This document shows positions 61,977 through 64,000 of a stretch of DNA of 64,000 nt, one piece after another; positions within the stretch are counted from its first letter, which is position 1; each line of letters opens with the position of its first letter. A program made the position numbers and the translations under genes. Source of the DNA: Bacteroidales bacterium (GTDB taxonomy: Bacteria; Bacteroidota; Bacteroidia; Bacteroidales; UBA10428); assembly GCA_016928305.1 (NCBI GenBank), contig JAFGKY010000152.1, positions 266 through 64,265 on the forward strand, in the 5' to 3' direction. A model generated the notes under the pieces. That model saw nothing but the letters and a program-made list of their open reading frames with translations, did not search any database and was not told the DNA's origin.

Positions 61977-64000
61977 TTAAGGTTTTATGATTTTACCGAT
62001 CTTTATGGATGTAGTATTATTTAACCGTAATATGTAAATCCCATGATCAAACGGCGACATATCGATTTCAACCGGTTCGTTCGCCCGAAGTTCATTTAAC
62101 GATCCCGAGAGTAACAAATGACCCGAATTATCGCACAGGGATATTAAGATTTCATGGCTGATATCGGAGTCTGACATTATGTATATTTTATCGGAAGCGG
62201 GATTTGGATAAAGGGTTATGGTCGTGTTTTCAAAGACATCAATAATGGTATTTGGAATAACACCTTCCTGAATGAGCATAATGATAACAGAGTCTGCATG
62301 CTGACCTGATACAAATATTTCTGCCTGGCGGTTTTCAGCATTACTATTCTCCTCATATGTGACGGACAATGTGGTATCATTGGATATTGCACATGACAGC
62401 CAGTCATAATTTTCGCTGTATATCCAGTTTATGTTTGAAATAACCGTAAAGGTCGTTATACCGGAGTCTGAACTGACTGTTCTTGATAATGGCTCTGCGC
62501 TCAATACCGCAGGTGTTTTTTCCTGATATACCGTTACCGTTTGTGAATTGACATCTGTGCCTGTAACGGTGACGATTGCATAGCGGCAGCTGTCGGTTGA
62601 CGGATTGGCACTGTCTGCCGTCATAATTATTGTGCTGTCATTCGAACCATTTGCGGGTGATGCCGTCAGCCAGCTTGCATCACAGATCACAGTCCAGTCT
62701 GTGTTTGAAAATATCCTGAAACTGTCTGAACATCCTGAATTATATCCCAAGGATATAGTGGTCGGTAAAACTGTCAGGGTTGGGCAGGGGGCCTGGGTTA
62801 TGGTTATGGTTTGCTGAGAGACATCGGTACCCGAAACAGTAATGATGGCTGAACGCGAACTGTCGGTTGATGGATTCGCACTATCTGCAGTGACGATTAT
62901 CGTGCTGTCATTTGAACCGTCGGCTGGCGAAACCGTCAGCCAGTCTGCATCACAGGTAACAGTCCAGCTTGTATTTGAAAATATTCTGAGACTATCTGAA
63001 CTTCCTGAATTATAACCGATGGACAAAATAGCTGGTGAGACTGTCATCGTGGGTAATGGCATCTGTATAACAATTACATCGGTTAGAGTTAATTGAGGGC
63101 CTGAAATTCTTACAGTTGTATACCTCGAGGTGTCGGTTGACATGTTTGCGCTGTTTGTCGTGAAGGTAACCCATCCGTCATCCGTACCGTTTGTCGGAGT
63201 GACATCCAGCCAGGTTGTAAAATTGTCAACCTTCCAGTTGGTATTTGACCAGACCCTCACGCTTCTTGAACTTCCTGAATCATATTTCAGGCATATAGTT
63301 TCCGGTATAACATTAAAGTTAGTGGGTTCCTGAATTACAGTTACAGTCTTTGAGCTAACACCATCAGCAGAGACCGAAACGATTGCCGTCCGGGTAGCAA
63401 GGGTTGAGAGATTATCATCTTCTGCCGTAACAGTTACCCATCCGTTACCCAGGCCACCTGCGGTTGTTGACAGCCAGGCTGCATTATCGGATACAGTCCA
63501 GCTGGTGTTTGAAATAACATTAAATCCTCCTGAGCCTCCCTTCCCCGGTCTGATGAATACCGTATCCGGTGAAACGGTTAATGCAGGAGTCGGTGACTGC
63601 CTTACGGTGACAGTCTGCTGACTGACGCCGGTGCCTGAAATCGTTATGGTTGCAATACGTGTGTTGGCGGACCCATTTAAATTGTTTGTGTAGACGGATA
63701 TTGTTCCATGTTCTGAACCTTTTGCAGGATATAAATCCAGCCAGGTAGCATTTTTGGTCACTGTCCAGCTTGTGTTTGAACTTATCCTTATTCTTTTCGC
63801 ACTGCTGCTATTATATTCAAATGAAACAGTTGTGGGGGAGACATTTAAAGTTAAGGGTCTGTATCTGCTGACAACAGATTTGGTTTCTCTGATGGTCCTT
63901 GCATTATCACCATCGTTTATATCTCCTGTTGCCGTCCCTTGATATTTTATTGAAGGATTTGAAAAATGAGGTACTCGGTTATGATAATAATCATCGGCAA
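61977..64000 (-). CDS. BACON-repeat protein with T9SS C-terminal sorting domain (5' end outside window)
   Basis: The frame stays open from the track's GTG at 63761 to the window edge (my translation is ...SSNTSWTVTKNATWLD...). There are at least 6 BACON-like modules (SNTSWTV...W(L)...). The CTD reads LYPNPASDKIYI...GIYILRLNN. Confidence 0.8.
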   Translation of the reverse strand, partial: ADDYYHNRVPHFSNPSIKYQGTATGDINDGDNARTIRETKSVVSRYRPLTLNVSPTTVSFEYNSSSAKRIRISSNTSWTVTKNATWLDLYPAKGSEHGTISVYTNNLNGSANTRIATITISGTGVSQQTVTVRQSPTPALTVSPDTVFIRPGKGGSGGFNVISNTSWTVSDNAAWLSTTAGGLGNGWVTVTAEDDNLSTLATRTAIVSVSADGVSSKTVTVIQEPTNFNVIPETICLKYDSGSSRSVRVWSNTNWKVDNFTTWLDVTPTNGTDDGWVTFTTNSANMSTDTSRYTTVRISGPQLTLTDVIVIQMPLPTMTVSPAILSIGYNSGSSDSLRIFSNTSWTVTCDADWLTVSPADGSNDSTIIVTADSANPSTDSSRSAIITVSGTDVSQQTITITQAPCPTLTVLPTTISLGYNSGCSDSFRIFSNTDWTVICDASWLTASPANGSNDSTIIMTADSANPSTDSCRYAIVTVTGTDVNSQTVTVYQEKTPAVLSAEPLSRTVSSDSGITTFTVISNINWIYSENYDWLSCAISNDTTLSVTYEENSNAENRQAEIFVSGQHADSVIIMLIQEGVIPNTIIDVFENTTITLYPNPASDKIYIMSDSDISHEILISLCDNSGHLLLSGSLNELRANEPVEIDMSPFDHGIYILRLNNTTSIKIGKIIKP
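62520..63059. repeat. Intragenic tandem duplication of a 270-nt (90-aa) BACON module
   Basis: Residues 235-324 and 325-414 of the track ORF are about 70% identical by hand alignment, with long identical nucleotide runs. Confidence 0.8.

Noticed and set aside
1-64000. tRNA, rRNA, tmRNA, integrase, transposase or phage genes.
   Set aside because: I saw no cloverleaf-like or T-loop (GGTTCGAATCC-type) sequences. No ORF has recombinase, transposase or phage structural motifs. Absence is based on reading by eye, not on tRNAscan or Infernal.

Overview
Bacteroidota-type chromosomal segment. Supporting signals are TAnnTTTG -7 promoter boxes, T9SS C-terminal sorting domains, BACON repeats, uppS-bamA-skp-skp synteny and DUF3857/transglutaminase lipoproteins. 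I support about 50 CDS. I saw no rRNA, tRNA, CRISPR array, transposase or integrase. From 0 to 45 kb the content is mostly envelope and housekeeping: TPR hybrid kinase, VIT-vWA-TonB_C protein, two transglutaminase-like paralogues, an ECF sigma/anti-sigma pair, a receiver-PEP-binding protein, korAB, uppS-bamA-skp-skp, Nif3, two M23 peptidases, alaS, trx, a CCA-type enzyme, an SNF2 helicase, and a methyltransferase-ATP-grasp fusion beside a deoxyhypusine-synthase-like gene. From 45 to 64 kb the content looks more accessory and glycan-oriented: a GH130/GT4 pair, csp, DUF302, cupin, a B12-radical SAM, an HMA-AraC regulator, GH26, a Kef-type antiporter, a C39-like peptidase and two T9SS cargo proteins. 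The strongest unexplained signal is a 39-nt direct-repeat operator present four times (45535, 49820, 51432, 53098). Each copy lies exactly 21 nt upstream of a -7-like promoter box and points at GH130-GT4, DUF302, cupin or the B12-radical SAM gene. An HMA-AraC regulator is encoded on top of one copy, so this looks like a compact, uncharacterised local regulon. Other nucleotide-level oddities are a 14-unit heptad tandem repeat abutting a promoter, a three-arm mutually exclusive 17-bp hairpin element, two copies of a 22-24-nt GCATGC-centred palindrome at gene borders, a GC-rich mini-hairpin cluster, a murI remnant and an MCP-like remnant. All calls come from reading the sequence and ORF translations by eye. 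No database search was run.
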